Assembly: GCA_964447445.1 (NCBI GenBank)
Contig: CAYUSW010000007.1
Span: 1-63,804 of the forward strand
Source of the DNA: an uncultured Thermotogae bacterium
GTDB taxonomy: Bacteria > Bipolaricaulota > Bipolaricaulia > UBA7950 > UBA9294
DNA length: 63,804 nucleotides
Direction of reading: 5' to 3'
Shown: piece by piece, positions 16,786-28,429 of the stretch
How positions within the stretch are numbered: position 1 is the first letter of the stretch
Layout of the letters: each line of letters begins with the position of its first letter
Position numbers and translations under genes: made by a program
The notes under the pieces: generated by a model
Told to the model about the DNA's origin: nothing
Database searches by the model: none
Seen by the model: only the letters and a program-made list of their open reading frames with translations

Positions 16786-19391
16786 GGCGTAGGGTGCAGC
16801 CCGGCGCCGGCCAAGCGGCGCCCTTCCGCCAGCGCGTCGCCCAGTCGGTCCAGGCTCGGGCCACCGCCCTGGGCAAACCCGCGGCCTCCGCCGCCTCCTC
16901 CGCCGAGTGTCTTGGACATGGCGCGGACGACGGCGCCGGCATCCACGCCCTTCACGCTCTTGGACACCTTGCACACAGCCGTCGCGCGGCCGTCCGACGC
17001 GCCAACCAGCACAAGAACAGCAGGCTGGGCGCGTTCTTCGATTTCGTCGGCGAGCGACTTCAGTGCGTCCGACGCAAGATCGACCCGAGCTGCAATCAGC
17101 TTCACGCCGGAGATTGTCTCGGCTTCGGAGATGAGCGACTCGCCCTGCGCCGCAACCTCTCGCGCCGTCAGGGAGGCGAGTTCCTTCTCCAGGGCCAGAA
17201 CCCGTTGCCTCAGCTTCTCGATTCCCACTTCGATGTCGTCGCCGAGGGCGCCACGTAGGCGCTCGATCCGATCGTGCTGCCCCCGCAGCACGGCGAGCGT
17301 CGCGCTGCCGGTCACGGCGCGTATACGGCGCACGCCGGACGCGACACTCTCCTCGGACACGACTCGGATGAGTCCGATCTCGCCCGTCCGGCGCACATGG
17401 GTCCCGCCGCACAGCTCCAGGCTCACGTCGTTCACCTCGACGAGCCGCACCTTGTCGCGCCCGCGGTACTCGTCTTCGAACAACCCGATCGCTCCACGTC
17501 GATGAGCCTCTTCGAGCGAGACGTCACGGATCGGAACCTCGTAGTCGGCAAGCACGGCGGCGTTCGCGAAGTCCTCGACGCGCGCAATCTCATCTGGCGT
17601 CATCTTCTCGAAGTGCGAGAAGTCGAAACGCAGCTCGCGATCGGTCACCTCGGACCCCGCCTGCTGCGCGTGCGCCCCAAGGACACTGCGCAATCCGGCA
17701 TGAAGAAGGTGCGTCGCGGTGTGATTCCGCTCGATCCGACGTCGGCGCTCGACGTCTACGGTCAGGCGGCAGCGATCGCCCGGCTTGAACTCGCCGTCGA
17801 GGATCTCCACTCGATGGAGGAAGATGCCCGTTGGGTTCTTCGACACGTCAACGATCCGTGCCGTCCCCTCCCGGGATAGGTTCTTGGCGAGCCCTGTGTC
17901 AGCGATCTGGCCTCCCGACGCCGCGTAGAACGGGGACTGTGGGAAGACGAGATTCTCGATGACGTTCTGGCCCTGCGGCAGGACGTTCTCGACATCAGAT
18001 TCTGCCTCGGTGCTGTCGTAGCCGAGGAAGACGGTGGGTTCCTTCCCGACGGGGACCATCTTCACATCGGCGGTTGCTGAGATCGATACCGTCGTCTCCA
18101 ATACCCTGCGCGACCTCGTGCGCTGCGCCGCCATCGCGCGGTCGTAGGCCGGCCGATCGAACGACAGTCCCCGCTCGGCGAGGATCTCTTCGATCATCTC
18201 AAGCGGGTACCCATAGGTGTCCTTCAGCTCGAAAACCAGGTCACCGGGAACCACCTTGTCACCGCTCTTCTCCATGTCGCCTGTGATCTTGTCGAGCCGA
18301 CGCTCGCCGTCCCGTAGCGTGCGTCGGAACGTGTCCTCCTCGCGGTTGATGAGCCGCACCGTGACGTCCCGCGCCGAGACGATTCCGGGATACACCTTCC
18401 CCAACGAGTCGATCACGGGGGCGACGAGCGTGCTGAGGGATCCGGGCTGCATCTCGAGCTTCTCCCCGGCGCGAATCGCGCGGCGCAGGATGCGTCGCAG
18501 GACGTAGCCTTGGCGTTCATTCCCCGGCATCACGCCGTCGGCCACGAGGAAGAGCGTTCCGCGAATGTGGTCAGCGATCGTGTTGCGGTACGGGGTCTCT
18601 TCCTTCCGTAGGCGGCGGCCGGCGCAATGCGCGATCGCGTCGAGCAGCGGGGCGAACACGTCGGTGTCGAAGTTCGTCGGGACGCCCTGCAAGACCGCCG
18701 TCGCCCGCTCCAGCCCCATGCCCGTGTCGATGTTCTTGCGGGCCAGCGGGGCGAACGACCCGTTCTCTAATGCGTCATACTGCATGAAGACGAGGTTCCA
18801 GATCTCGGCGTAGCGGTCGCAGTCGCAGGCCGGGCCCCGGCATGCGGGACCGCAGGCTCGTTCTTTGCCGGTGTCGTAGTGCAGCTCCGAGTCCGGACCG
18901 CACGGGCCCGTCTCGCCCACCGGCCCCCACCAGTTGCTGTCCTTCCCGAGGCGCACGATCCGCTCGCTTGGGACGCCGGCCACGTCGCGCCAGATGGCGT
19001 AGGCTTCGTCATCCTCCTCGTAGACGGTGATTGCGAAGTGCTCGCCGGGGATGCCGAGCTCACGCGTCAGGAACTCCCACGCCAGCTCGATCGCCCCCTG
19101 CTTGAAGTAGTCGCCGAACGAGAAATTGCCGAGCATCTCGAAGAACGTGTGGTGGTAGGCCGTTCGGCCCACCTGCTCGATGTCCGTCGTGCGAAAGCAC
19201 TTCTGGCACGATGTCGCACGGCGGAAGCTCGGTTCCGAGCGCCCCCAGAAGTAGTCCTTGAACTGCACCATGCCAGCGGCCGTGAACAAGAGAGTCGGGT
19301 CGTTGGGCACGAGAGGCGAACTCGGCACGAGCTTGTGGCCGCGCTCGGCGAAGAAGCCGAGGTAGCGCCGACGGAGTTCGTGGGACTGCAT
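16782..19391 (-). CDS. alaS: Alanine--tRNA ligase
   Basis: 869 aa with FFAERGHKLVPSSPLVP, FTAAGMVQFK, HHTFFEMLGNFSFGDYFK and the editing-domain HTATHLLH motif. Confidence 0.95.
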   Translation of the reverse strand: MQSHELRRRYLGFFAERGHKLVPSSPLVPNDPTLLFTAAGMVQFKDYFWGRSEPSFRRATSCQKCFRTTDIEQVGRTAYHHTFFEMLGNFSFGDYFKQGAIELAWEFLTRELGIPGEHFAITVYEEDDEAYAIWRDVAGVPSERIVRLGKDSNWWGPVGETGPCGPDSELHYDTGKERACGPACRGPACDCDRYAEIWNLVFMQYDALENGSFAPLARKNIDTGMGLERATAVLQGVPTNFDTDVFAPLLDAIAHCAGRRLRKEETPYRNTIADHIRGTLFLVADGVMPGNERQGYVLRRILRRAIRAGEKLEMQPGSLSTLVAPVIDSLGKVYPGIVSARDVTVRLINREEDTFRRTLRDGERRLDKITGDMEKSGDKVVPGDLVFELKDTYGYPLEMIEEILAERGLSFDRPAYDRAMAAQRTRSRRVLETTVSISATADVKMVPVGKEPTVFLGYDSTEAESDVENVLPQGQNVIENLVFPQSPFYAASGGQIADTGLAKNLSREGTARIVDVSKNPTGIFLHRVEILDGEFKPGDRCRLTVDVERRRRIERNHTATHLLHAGLRSVLGAHAQQAGSEVTDRELRFDFSHFEKMTPDEIARVEDFANAAVLADYEVPIRDVSLEEAHRRGAIGLFEDEYRGRDKVRLVEVNDVSLELCGGTHVRRTGEIGLIRVVSEESVASGVRRIRAVTGSATLAVLRGQHDRIERLRGALGDDIEVGIEKLRQRVLALEKELASLTAREVAAQGESLISEAETISGVKLIAARVDLASDALKSLADEIEERAQPAVLVLVGASDGRATAVCKVSKSVKGVDAGAVVRAMSKTLGGGGGGGRGFAQGGGPSLDRLGDALAEGRRLAGAGLHPTP

Positions 19392-19423
19392 GGCGGGCTC
19401 CTTTGGGGCAACCGAATGGCGGA

Positions 19424-20819
<1,396 letters not shown>

Positions 20820-20853
20820 ACGTCGGCTCCGGGGAACGCCGGCGGAGGCAGAG

Positions 20854-21183
20854 ATGAGGGTATGGGCGAGGGCGAAGAGCCTACTCCAGCAGCTCCCAGT
20901 TGCCCGTCATCGCCGGCGCGTTGTTGCGGGGTCGATCGCTCTTCTCTTGCTCACGGTCGTCGCGATCTTCGTCAGCAGGCAGTTTGCTGTCGCCGGACTG
21001 CGCCGTGACATCGCGCGTCTCGGAGTGGAGCAGGCTGCCGCCGAGGTCGAACAGAAGGAGTTGCGCGCCGGCGTGGCGTCGACCTCCGACCCCGCCACTC
21101 TGGAAGAGGAGGTCCGAGAGCGCCTCGGGCTGGTGAAGAGGACGGAGGAGAAGGTGTTCTTCGTTGAGGAGAAGGGACCATGA
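20854..21183 (+). CDS. Septum formation initiator family protein (FtsB/DivIC-like)
   Basis: 109 aa with a single TM (VVAGSIALLLLTVVAIFV), then a coiled-coil segment and LGLVKRTEEKVFFV. It sits directly after eno, as in many genomes. Confidence 0.7.
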   Translation: MRVWARAKSLLQQLPVARHRRRVVAGSIALLLLTVVAIFVSRQFAVAGLRRDIARLGVEQAAAEVEQKELRAGVASTSDPATLEEEVRERLGLVKRTEEKVFFVEEKGP

Positions 21184-24100
21184 CGGCGCGGTTCGTGCAC
21201 CTCCATGCGCACTCGGAGTACAGCGTGCTCGACTCCTCCTGCCGTCTCCCCGATCTGGTCGAGCGGGCAGCACGTTGCGGAATGACGTCCCTGGCGCTCA
21301 CCGACCACGGAGTCATGAGCGGGGTGGTCAAGTTCTACCGTGAAGCGCAAGGCCACGGCATCCACCCCGTCTTAGGTTGCGAGATCTACGTTGCTCCGGG
21401 CGACCGGCGGGACCGCACGCCCTCCGAGGGAGAACGATACTACCACCTCGTCCTTCTCGCGGAGACTAACGTCGGCTATCGAAACCTCCTGCGGATTGTG
21501 AGCGCGTCCCACACGGAGGGTTTCTACTACCGTCCCCGCGCGGACAAGGACCTGTTGGCGCGATTCTCCGAGGGCCTGATTGCTCTCTCCGCCTGCGAGT
21601 CCGGTGAGATCCCTCGCCTCCTTCAGGCCGGACGAGTCCCCGAAGCCGAGCGAGTAGCGCGCGAGTTCTCCACGATGTTCGGCGCCCATCGCTTCTTCAT
21701 CGAGATCCAGCACCACGGCACCGAGCGCGACGCCCAGCTGCGACGTCGCCTCGTCGCGTTGGCGCGCAAGCTGGATCTCCCCCTCGTTGCCACGAGCGAC
21801 ATCCACTACCTCGATCGCGAGGACAAGCTCGCCCACGAGGTGTTGATCAACATCCGCGCCAATCGGACGCTTGCAGATCCGGAGCATCGGACCTTCGACG
21901 GCGAGGGCTATCACTTCCGGACCAGCGAGGAGATGGAAGAGCTGTTCTCGGAGTTCCCGGACGCGATCGACAACACCCTCGCGATCGCCGACCGCTGCCA
22001 AGTCACGCTGGACCTCGACCGGATCCTGATCCCTCCCTTCCCGCTACCGCCGGGGGTTGAGAACACGGACGCCTTCCTGCGGGAGCTTGCCTACGCGGGA
22101 ACCCAGAAGCGGTACGGTGAGATCACGCCAGAGGTCAAGGAACGTCTCGACTACGAGCTGGACGTTATCGCCAAGATGGCGTACAGCACGTACTTCCTTA
22201 TCGTCTGGGACTTCGTTCGCTATGCACAGGACAACGGCATCGCGGTGGGACCTGGGCGTGGATCGGCGGCGGGAAGCCTCGTCTCGTACGCGCTCGCGAT
22301 CACGGCGGTCGACCCCCTCCGGTACGGGCTCATCTTCGAGCGCTTCCTCAATCCAGACCGCGTGAGCATGCCGGATTTCGACATCGACTTCTGCATCCGC
22401 GGCCGCGACCGCGTCATCGACTACGTCCGCTTGAAGTACGGCGGCGAGCGTTGGTGGGAACGCATTGCTCAGATCGCGACATACGATCGGATGGCTGCCC
22501 GCAGCGTCGTGCGCGACGTCGGACGAGTGCTCGGGCTTCCGTACGGCGAAACCGACCGCATTGCCAAGATGATCCCGTTCGGGTCGAAGCTCAAGGCTGC
22601 CGTCGACAAGGTCGTCGAACTGCGGACGTTGTACGAAGACAACCCTGACGTGCGCCGTCTCGTCGACATCGGTCTGCGGCTCGAGGACCTTACCCGCAAC
22701 ATCTCCACGCACGCCGCGGGCGTCGTCATCGCGCCCGACGCGTTGGCTGAGCACGTTCCGCTGTTGCGCGTGGGGGAGAACGAGTTCGTCACGCAGTTCG
22801 ACATGACGGACATCGAAGCGATCGGGCTCCTCAAGATCGACTTCCTCGGCTTGCGGAACCTCACGCTGATCCAGGACGCGCTCGGACTGCTGTCCAAACA
22901 AGCCGGAGTCGACCTTTCCCTCGAGTCGATCCCACTCGACGACGAGCCGACGTTCGAACTCCTGCGCGCCGGCAAGACGGGAGGCATCTTCCAGCTCGAG
23001 GGGTCCGGTATGACGGGACTGATCCGCCGTGTTCAGCCGAACTGCTTCGAGGACCTCATCGCTCTCTTGGCGCTCTATCGCCCCGGACCCCTCGAGAGCG
23101 GCATGACCGACGAATACGTGGAGCGCCGGCACGGCCGCCGCACTGTGGCGTATGCGCATCCCAGCATTCGTGAGGTCCTCGAAGGCACGTTCGGCCTCCC
23201 GATCTACCAGGACCAGCTCATGCTCATGGCGGAGAAGCTAGCCGGGTTCACGCTTGCCGAGGCCGACACGCTTCGCAAGGCGATGGGCAAGAAGAAGAAG
23301 GACATCATGGCGAGCTTGCGCGAGAAGTTCGTCCGGGGCTGCATAGACAACGGACTGACGGGGGATCTCGCGACGACGACCTTCGACGATATGGAGAAGT
23401 TCTCGCGCTACGGGTTCAACAAATCGCATTCGACGGCCTACGCATTCGTCTCGTACTGGACCGCGTATCTCAAGGCCCACTACCCGACCCACTTCATGGC
23501 AAGCCTGCTGACAAGCGTCCAAGGCGACAGCGACAAGGTCGCCGAGTACATCGCCGAGTGCCGCGAGTTGGGTATTGCGATTCTGCCTCCGGACATCAAC
23601 GAAAGCGCGAGTTCGTTCACGCCAGTGCGAGAGGGTGTCGTGCGGTTCGGTCTCGGTGCGATCAAGTACGTCGGCGTCAACGCGATGGAGGCGATCCTCA
23701 CCGCGCGCGCCTCCGGCCCATTCTCGTCGTTCTTCGACATGTGTCGGCGCGTCAAACAGGACGGACTGGATCGCGAGGCGCTCGAGGCGCTTGTCAAGGT
23801 TGGGGCCTTCGACCCGTTCGGTGCGGCTCGCCGCGGCCTCCTGCGCCATCTTCCCGAAGGCGTGGAGCTGATGCAGGTCTCGCGTCGCGAGCGCCTGACG
23901 GGCCAGCGTTCGATGTTTGCCGATCTCTCCGAACCGCTCCCCGATCCCGCCGTCGTCGAGGACGAGTTCGCCCGGCCAGATCTCCTGGCGTTCGAGAAGG
24001 AACTCCTCGGCCTGTACATCACGGCCCATCCGCTGGACGCCCACGCGGTCACGCTGGCTACGTACTGCATTCCGCTTCGCCAGCTGGCGGAGCTTGGCGA

Positions 24101-24620
24101 GGGCACGTTCGCGCTTGTCGGTGGGCGAGTGAAGTCGCTCCGAAGAGTCGACACCAAGCGCGGTGGCCAGATGGCGTTCGTCGTCCTCGAGGACGGTGCG
24201 AGCCAGATCGAGGCCACCGTCTTCCCGAGGACTCTTGAGGTCGCTGCGCCTCTCCTCTGCGAGGACGGTCTGATCGCGGCCCGCGTGCAGGTCGGGCGAA
24301 GACACGGCGATGCCAACGTGGTTATCGAGGAGATCTTCCCGCTGGAAGAAGTAGCCCGCCGCAGTTCGATGTGCATGACGCTGGTGCTCGACAGCGACAG
24401 GCTTGACTCGCTCGCTCTGGAGCAGCTCGTCGCTCTGCTCCAAAACCACCCGGGACCCACCCCGGTGCGGCTCTGCCTCGCGGATCCGGACGGCGCAGAA
24501 GCCGTCGTCGTCTCGGCAGGCACCGGATTCACGGTGGCGCCGGATCCGAACCTGCGGGCGTCGCTCGGCGCCCTTGCCGGCGTCATCGCGGTGGCGTTGG
24601 CGGAGGCGGATGACCGATGA
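21180..24620 (+). CDS. dnaE: DNA polymerase III alpha subunit
   Basis: 1146 aa. PHP domain FVHLHAHSEYSVLDS and LALTDHG, and the polymerase core PDFDIDF. ATGA overlap with the upstream stop. Confidence 0.95.
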   Translation: MTARFVHLHAHSEYSVLDSSCRLPDLVERAARCGMTSLALTDHGVMSGVVKFYREAQGHGIHPVLGCEIYVAPGDRRDRTPSEGERYYHLVLLAETNVGYRNLLRIVSASHTEGFYYRPRADKDLLARFSEGLIALSACESGEIPRLLQAGRVPEAERVAREFSTMFGAHRFFIEIQHHGTERDAQLRRRLVALARKLDLPLVATSDIHYLDREDKLAHEVLINIRANRTLADPEHRTFDGEGYHFRTSEEMEELFSEFPDAIDNTLAIADRCQVTLDLDRILIPPFPLPPGVENTDAFLRELAYAGTQKRYGEITPEVKERLDYELDVIAKMAYSTYFLIVWDFVRYAQDNGIAVGPGRGSAAGSLVSYALAITAVDPLRYGLIFERFLNPDRVSMPDFDIDFCIRGRDRVIDYVRLKYGGERWWERIAQIATYDRMAARSVVRDVGRVLGLPYGETDRIAKMIPFGSKLKAAVDKVVELRTLYEDNPDVRRLVDIGLRLEDLTRNISTHAAGVVIAPDALAEHVPLLRVGENEFVTQFDMTDIEAIGLLKIDFLGLRNLTLIQDALGLLSKQAGVDLSLESIPLDDEPTFELLRAGKTGGIFQLEGSGMTGLIRRVQPNCFEDLIALLALYRPGPLESGMTDEYVERRHGRRTVAYAHPSIREVLEGTFGLPIYQDQLMLMAEKLAGFTLAEADTLRKAMGKKKKDIMASLREKFVRGCIDNGLTGDLATTTFDDMEKFSRYGFNKSHSTAYAFVSYWTAYLKAHYPTHFMASLLTSVQGDSDKVAEYIAECRELGIAILPPDINESASSFTPVREGVVRFGLGAIKYVGVNAMEAILTARASGPFSSFFDMCRRVKQDGLDREALEALVKVGAFDPFGAARRGLLRHLPEGVELMQVSRRERLTGQRSMFADLSEPLPDPAVVEDEFARPDLLAFEKELLGLYITAHPLDAHAVTLATYCIPLRQLAELGEGTFALVGGRVKSLRRVDTKRGGQMAFVVLEDGASQIEATVFPRTLEVAAPLLCEDGLIAARVQVGRRHGDANVVIEEIFPLEEVARRSSMCMTLVLDSDRLDSLALEQLVALLQNHPGPTPVRLCLADPDGAEAVVVSAGTGFTVAPDPNLRASLGALAGVIAVALAEADDR

Positions 24621-25939
24621 CGTGGCACCCGCGCGGCGCGCTGCGATGGCTGTATCCCGGCATGCGCGTGAAGCGCTGGCTGGCGCTTGCGTTTGTCTCA
24701 ATGGGCGCTCTTACGCTTGCCTTGCTCTATGCCTTCGGCATCGACCTGATGCGGTTTCTCTATCGCTCCTTCCCTCTGGCGCAACCTCTCCGGTACGCAC
24801 TGGCGGCGGTCGCGATCGCCGTCAGCGTTGCCGCGTTTCTCTACGCCATCCTGCGCCTCGTGCGGTCCGTCGCCCGCGGCGTTGCCCCCTCGTCGCACGA
24901 GAAGATGGCGGCCGCCGTCTATCGTACTCGCGTCCTCGAACGGGCTCCTCGAGTCGTTGCGATCGGCGGGGGAACTGGCCTTTCCACCCTGCTGCGCGGC
25001 CTCAAGCGCGTCACAGCGAACCTGAGCGCCATCGTCACGGTCACCGATGACGGAGGGAGCTCGGGACGGCTCCGCGATGAGATCGACATCCTGCCGCCCG
25101 GCGACGTGCGTAACTGCCTGCTGGCGCTTGCCGAAGACGAGTCACAGCTGTCCGACTACTTCCAGCACCGCTTTCCTTCGCCGCCGGAGTTGGCCGGCCA
25201 CTCTCTGGGCAACCTGATCCTGGTCGGCCTCGAGCAGGCGACGGGCAGCTTCGACCGAGCCATCGAGGCCATGAGCTACTTCCTCAATGTCCGCGGTCGC
25301 GTCCTGCCGGCGACGCTGACGAAGACCCACCTTGTCGCGCGGTTTGCGGACGGAGCCGTTGTCGAAGGCGAGTCGCGCATCGCGCAAGAGGGGCGAAGGA
25401 TCGAGCGCGTCTGGCTGTCGACATCGCCAGTGCCGGCCTACGACCGCGCTCTTGCCGCCATCGCGGAAGCGGACCTGATCGTGCTTGGCCCCGGCAGCCT
25501 GTTCACGAGTCTGGTCCCGAATCTGCTCGTCGATTCCATCGCCGACGCGCTCGAGCGGTCCGGCGCAGAGAAGGCCTTGGTCGCCAATCTGATGACCCAG
25601 CCGGGAGAGACCACGGGGTTCTCGCTGTCCGACCACCTCCGCGCCCTCGACGGATACATTCCCTTGCGGAGCTTCGACCTGCTCATCGTCAACTCCGCTC
25701 GGCCGACGGAGCCCCTTCTGGCGGGGTACCGCAGCGAAGCGGCGGAGCCTGTCGTGGACGATCTGCCGACGCCGAACAGCTACGGCCTCACCGTCGTCCG
25801 GCAAGACCTGATCGGAGTCGCTGACCTGGCGGGAAAGACCACGGTCAAGCACGACCCCGACAAGCTGGCACGGGCTCTGGTTCACAATGCGCGGACCTTC
25901 GCCCGACGCGCCGGAGCCGAGGAGCTCGACGACGTGTAG
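24617..25939 (+). CDS. YvcK/UPF0052 family (CofD-like fold) gluconeogenesis/morphology factor with N-terminal TM segments
   Basis: GGGTGLSTLLRGLK, VTVTDDGGSSGRLR, PPGDVRNCL and LGPGSLFTS. Two N-terminal hydrophobic helices. ATGA overlap with the dnaE stop. Confidence 0.8.
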   Translation: MTWHPRGALRWLYPGMRVKRWLALAFVSMGALTLALLYAFGIDLMRFLYRSFPLAQPLRYALAAVAIAVSVAAFLYAILRLVRSVARGVAPSSHEKMAAAVYRTRVLERAPRVVAIGGGTGLSTLLRGLKRVTANLSAIVTVTDDGGSSGRLRDEIDILPPGDVRNCLLALAEDESQLSDYFQHRFPSPPELAGHSLGNLILVGLEQATGSFDRAIEAMSYFLNVRGRVLPATLTKTHLVARFADGAVVEGESRIAQEGRRIERVWLSTSPVPAYDRALAAIAEADLIVLGPGSLFTSLVPNLLVDSIADALERSGAEKALVANLMTQPGETTGFSLSDHLRALDGYIPLRSFDLLIVNSARPTEPLLAGYRSEAAEPVVDDLPTPNSYGLTVVRQDLIGVADLAGKTTVKHDPDKLARALVHNARTFARRAGAEELDDV

Positions 25940-25945
25940 AGCGCC

Positions 25946-27406
25946 TTATCCTTTGATGACAACCATCGGCCGCAGGCGCGCCACAATCTTGTTGAGGCCT
26001 GCGTCCCGCGCCGCGGCCACGACGCGCTCCACGTCCTTGTACGCTCCTGGGGCTTCCTCGGCGATGCCGCGCGCACTGTGCGCGAGAACGCAGATGCCGT
26101 CCTTTCGGAGCCCTGAGATGACGTCGTCTCCCCAGAACCTCTTTGCGGCCTTCTTGCGCGACAGCGCGCGGCCCGCGCCGTGAATGCCGCTGCCGAAGGT
26201 CCTCTCCATTCCAAGCGCCGTTCCCCGCATCACGTACGACGCTGTGCCCATCGTTCCGCCGACCAGAATCGGGTGTCCCACGTGGCGGTAGGCCGACGGG
26301 ATCTCCGGGTGGTTGGGGCCGAACGCGCGCGTTGCGCCTTTGCGGTGAACGAGCAGCGACCGCCTCTTGCCCTCGACCTCGTGTTCCTCCAGTTTCGCGT
26401 TGTTGTGCCCAATGTCGTAGATGGTCCGGACCTCGGCAGCCTCGAGGCCGCAGGTCCGATGCAGGGAGCCGCGCACGAGGTGGGCGATCATCTGCCGGTT
26501 CGCGAAGGCGCAGTTCGCGCCGCTGGCGATCGCGGCAAGGTACTTGCGGCCCTCGGGGCTCTTGATCGGCGCGCAGACCATCTCCTGGTCCGGAATCGTG
26601 ATCCCGTACTTCGCACTGGCGGCGCCCAGCTCCTTCAGATAGTCCTGACCCACTTGATGACCCAACGCGCGGGACCCCGTGTGGATGGCGACGACGACCT
26701 GGCCCTCGCTCAGTCCGTACGCCTGTGCTGCCAGAGCATCGACGACGCGCTCGACGTACTGCAGTTCCACGTAGTGGTTTCCGGAACCGAGGGATCCCAC
26801 CTGGTTGAACTCGCGCTGCTTCGCCAGCGGACTCACCGCGCCGGGATCCGCTCCCTGCATCCGGCCTCCTTCCTCGGTGAACGTGAGGTCTTCCGGCAGC
26901 CCGTGTCCGAGTCGTACCACGTAGGCGGCTCCGTCTTCCAGCACATGATCGATCTCTGCTATCGACAGCCGCAGACTTCCCCCCGCCCCTAGGCCCGCGG
27001 GAACAGCACGAAACAGGGCCTCGCCGATGGACCTGAGGCGATTCGCGACGTCCTGGCGTCGGAGCGGCGTGCCGAGGAGGCGGACGCCGCAATTGATGTC
27101 GAACCCCACCCCCCCGACCACGGCAACACCCTCGTCGACGTCGAATGCCCCGACGCCGCCGATCGGGAAGCCGTAGCCGGGATGCACGTCCGGAAGTGCC
27201 AGCGCAGCGGACACGATCCCCGGCATCGAGGCAACGTGCTTCACCTGCCGGATCGCGCTCCACTGGGCGCCGTCGCCTTCTTCGTGCCGCAAGAGCTCGA
27301 TGGTCTCGCGATCCGCGTAGATCCTCCCCGGGACGCGCATCGCCTCGTGAGGAGGCAGCACCCACTCGACGTCTCCCACCTGCTCCAGGCGTTCGAATTC
27401 GCCCAT
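25946..27406 (-). CDS. rtcB: RNA-splicing ligase RtcB
   Basis: 486 aa with GFDINCGVR, GSGNHYVE, HTGSRALGH and HRKGATRAF, the RtcB metal- and GMP-binding blocks. Confidence 0.95.
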   Translation of the reverse strand: MGEFERLEQVGDVEWVLPPHEAMRVPGRIYADRETIELLRHEEGDGAQWSAIRQVKHVASMPGIVSAALALPDVHPGYGFPIGGVGAFDVDEGVAVVGGVGFDINCGVRLLGTPLRRQDVANRLRSIGEALFRAVPAGLGAGGSLRLSIAEIDHVLEDGAAYVVRLGHGLPEDLTFTEEGGRMQGADPGAVSPLAKQREFNQVGSLGSGNHYVELQYVERVVDALAAQAYGLSEGQVVVAIHTGSRALGHQVGQDYLKELGAASAKYGITIPDQEMVCAPIKSPEGRKYLAAIASGANCAFANRQMIAHLVRGSLHRTCGLEAAEVRTIYDIGHNNAKLEEHEVEGKRRSLLVHRKGATRAFGPNHPEIPSAYRHVGHPILVGGTMGTASYVMRGTALGMERTFGSGIHGAGRALSRKKAAKRFWGDDVISGLRKDGICVLAHSARGIAEEAPGAYKDVERVVAAARDAGLNKIVARLRPMVVIKG

Positions 27407-27415
27407 GCTCTCACC

Positions 27416-27838
27416 TCACGTGTCGGCGACGTACTCGGCGAACCACGTCCCATTCTCGGTCCGGATGCGGAGTCCGAGGAGACTGATCCCCTTGACCTCC
27501 GATCGCGCCTCGTGCCGAACGGCATCAAGAGGCTCGCCCCAGGCGGTCCCGCCTAGCGTGACCGCCGAGCCTTCCTCGGTCACTCGGACATCGAATCGCG
27601 AGAAGACAAGGCCGGTGAGGTCCTTCTCGGCTACCAACGCGGCGAGCCAGTCGACCAACAAGAGTTCGACGGAGCTGTCTTGGAGCGAAAAGCCCTTCTG
27701 GACGATCGGCCGAACACGATCCAGACTGACCATCGCAGCCACCAGCGCGCGGGCCGCCTCAACGAAGGCCTCGTCCAGCGTCTCTCCCCACGCGCGGACC
27801 GCGAGGTCGGCCCTGTGGTCGAGGTACGCGAAGCCCAC
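27416..27838 (-). CDS. Archease (RtcB activator)
   Basis: GTG at 27838, immediately after the thpR stop, gives (M)GFAYLDHRADLAVRAWGETLDEAF.... 140 aa, the typical archease size and opening motif. Confidence 0.8.
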   Translation of the reverse strand: MGFAYLDHRADLAVRAWGETLDEAFVEAARALVAAMVSLDRVRPIVQKGFSLQDSSVELLLVDWLAALVAEKDLTGLVFSRFDVRVTEEGSAVTLGGTAWGEPLDAVRHEARSEVKGISLLGLRIRTENGTWFAEYVADT

Positions 27839-27840
27839 GG

Positions 27841-28410
27841 CTACGCTCCCGTCTGCGCCGGGATTGGCGCCGAGAACAGAGGCGTGTACTGGGCTCCCCG
27901 CGGTGTCAACTCGCTCTGCATGAGCAGGATGCGGTCGGGTGAGCACTCCCGGGGCGGGAGTCCGCCAATCCCCACGACGACCTGCCGAAGCCGAGGGTCC
28001 GGAGCTCCCTTGAGCCTCGCGATCGTCGTATGCGCCACCGCGGGCTTCGGTTCCTCGGGAAACCCAAGCAGCGACAGATCTCGGTTGAGCGACCGGATCA
28101 GAGTCATGAAGCCCTGCGGGGTCTCGCCGCCTACCCAGAGCACGCGCGCCCGATCCAGCGAGGGGAAAGCCCCGATATCGCGTAGCGCGAGGGAGAACCT
28201 TCCACATTCCTCGGCTGCCCGCGCAGCGACACCTCTGAGATCCGCTGTTGCCAAGGGGTCGATCTCCCCGAGGAATCGCAGCGTGACGTGGTAGTTCTCG
28301 GGTTCGACCCACGACGCGGACATCCGCGTTTCTCGCCGAAGCCGATCCGCGGCCCGCGCGATCAGGGCCCGCAGGTCCGGGCCGAGCGGCAGGCAAAAGA
28401 AGGCTCGCAT
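27841..28410 (-). CDS. thpR: RNA 2',3'-cyclic phosphodiesterase (2H family, LigT/ThpR)
   Basis: ATG at 28410 after AAGGAGGGGG. Two HxT/S motifs, HVTLRFLG and AHTTIARL, about 90 residues apart. Confidence 0.85.
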   Translation of the reverse strand: MRAFFCLPLGPDLRALIARAADRLRRETRMSASWVEPENYHVTLRFLGEIDPLATADLRGVAARAAEECGRFSLALRDIGAFPSLDRARVLWVGGETPQGFMTLIRSLNRDLSLLGFPEEPKPAVAHTTIARLKGAPDPRLRQVVVGIGGLPPRECSPDRILLMQSELTPRGAQYTPLFSAPIPAQTGA

Positions 28411-28429
28411 GCTCCCCCTCCTTGCGTCC

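Noticed and set aside
23238-24701. 487-aa ORF antisense to dnaE
   Set aside because: It lies entirely inside the well-supported dnaE frame. It is Arg/Ala/Gly/Glu-rich with no motifs, which is the typical shadow ORF of GC-rich DNA, where stop codons are rare in all frames.
24617-25939. CofD-like fold gene plus the CofE-like gene at 60288-61334, considered as evidence for an F420 biosynthesis cluster
   Set aside because: The first gene has the YvcK/UPF0052 hallmarks and N-terminal TM helices rather than a CofD context. The two genes are 34 kb apart. No cofC, cofG, cofH or fbiC-type gene is present in the window.
25845-27365. 506-aa ORF overlapping rtcB on the same strand in another frame
   Set aside because: Extremely Arg/Gly/Pro-rich and low in complexity. 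The rtcB frame carries all the canonical RtcB motifs, so this is a frame artefact.
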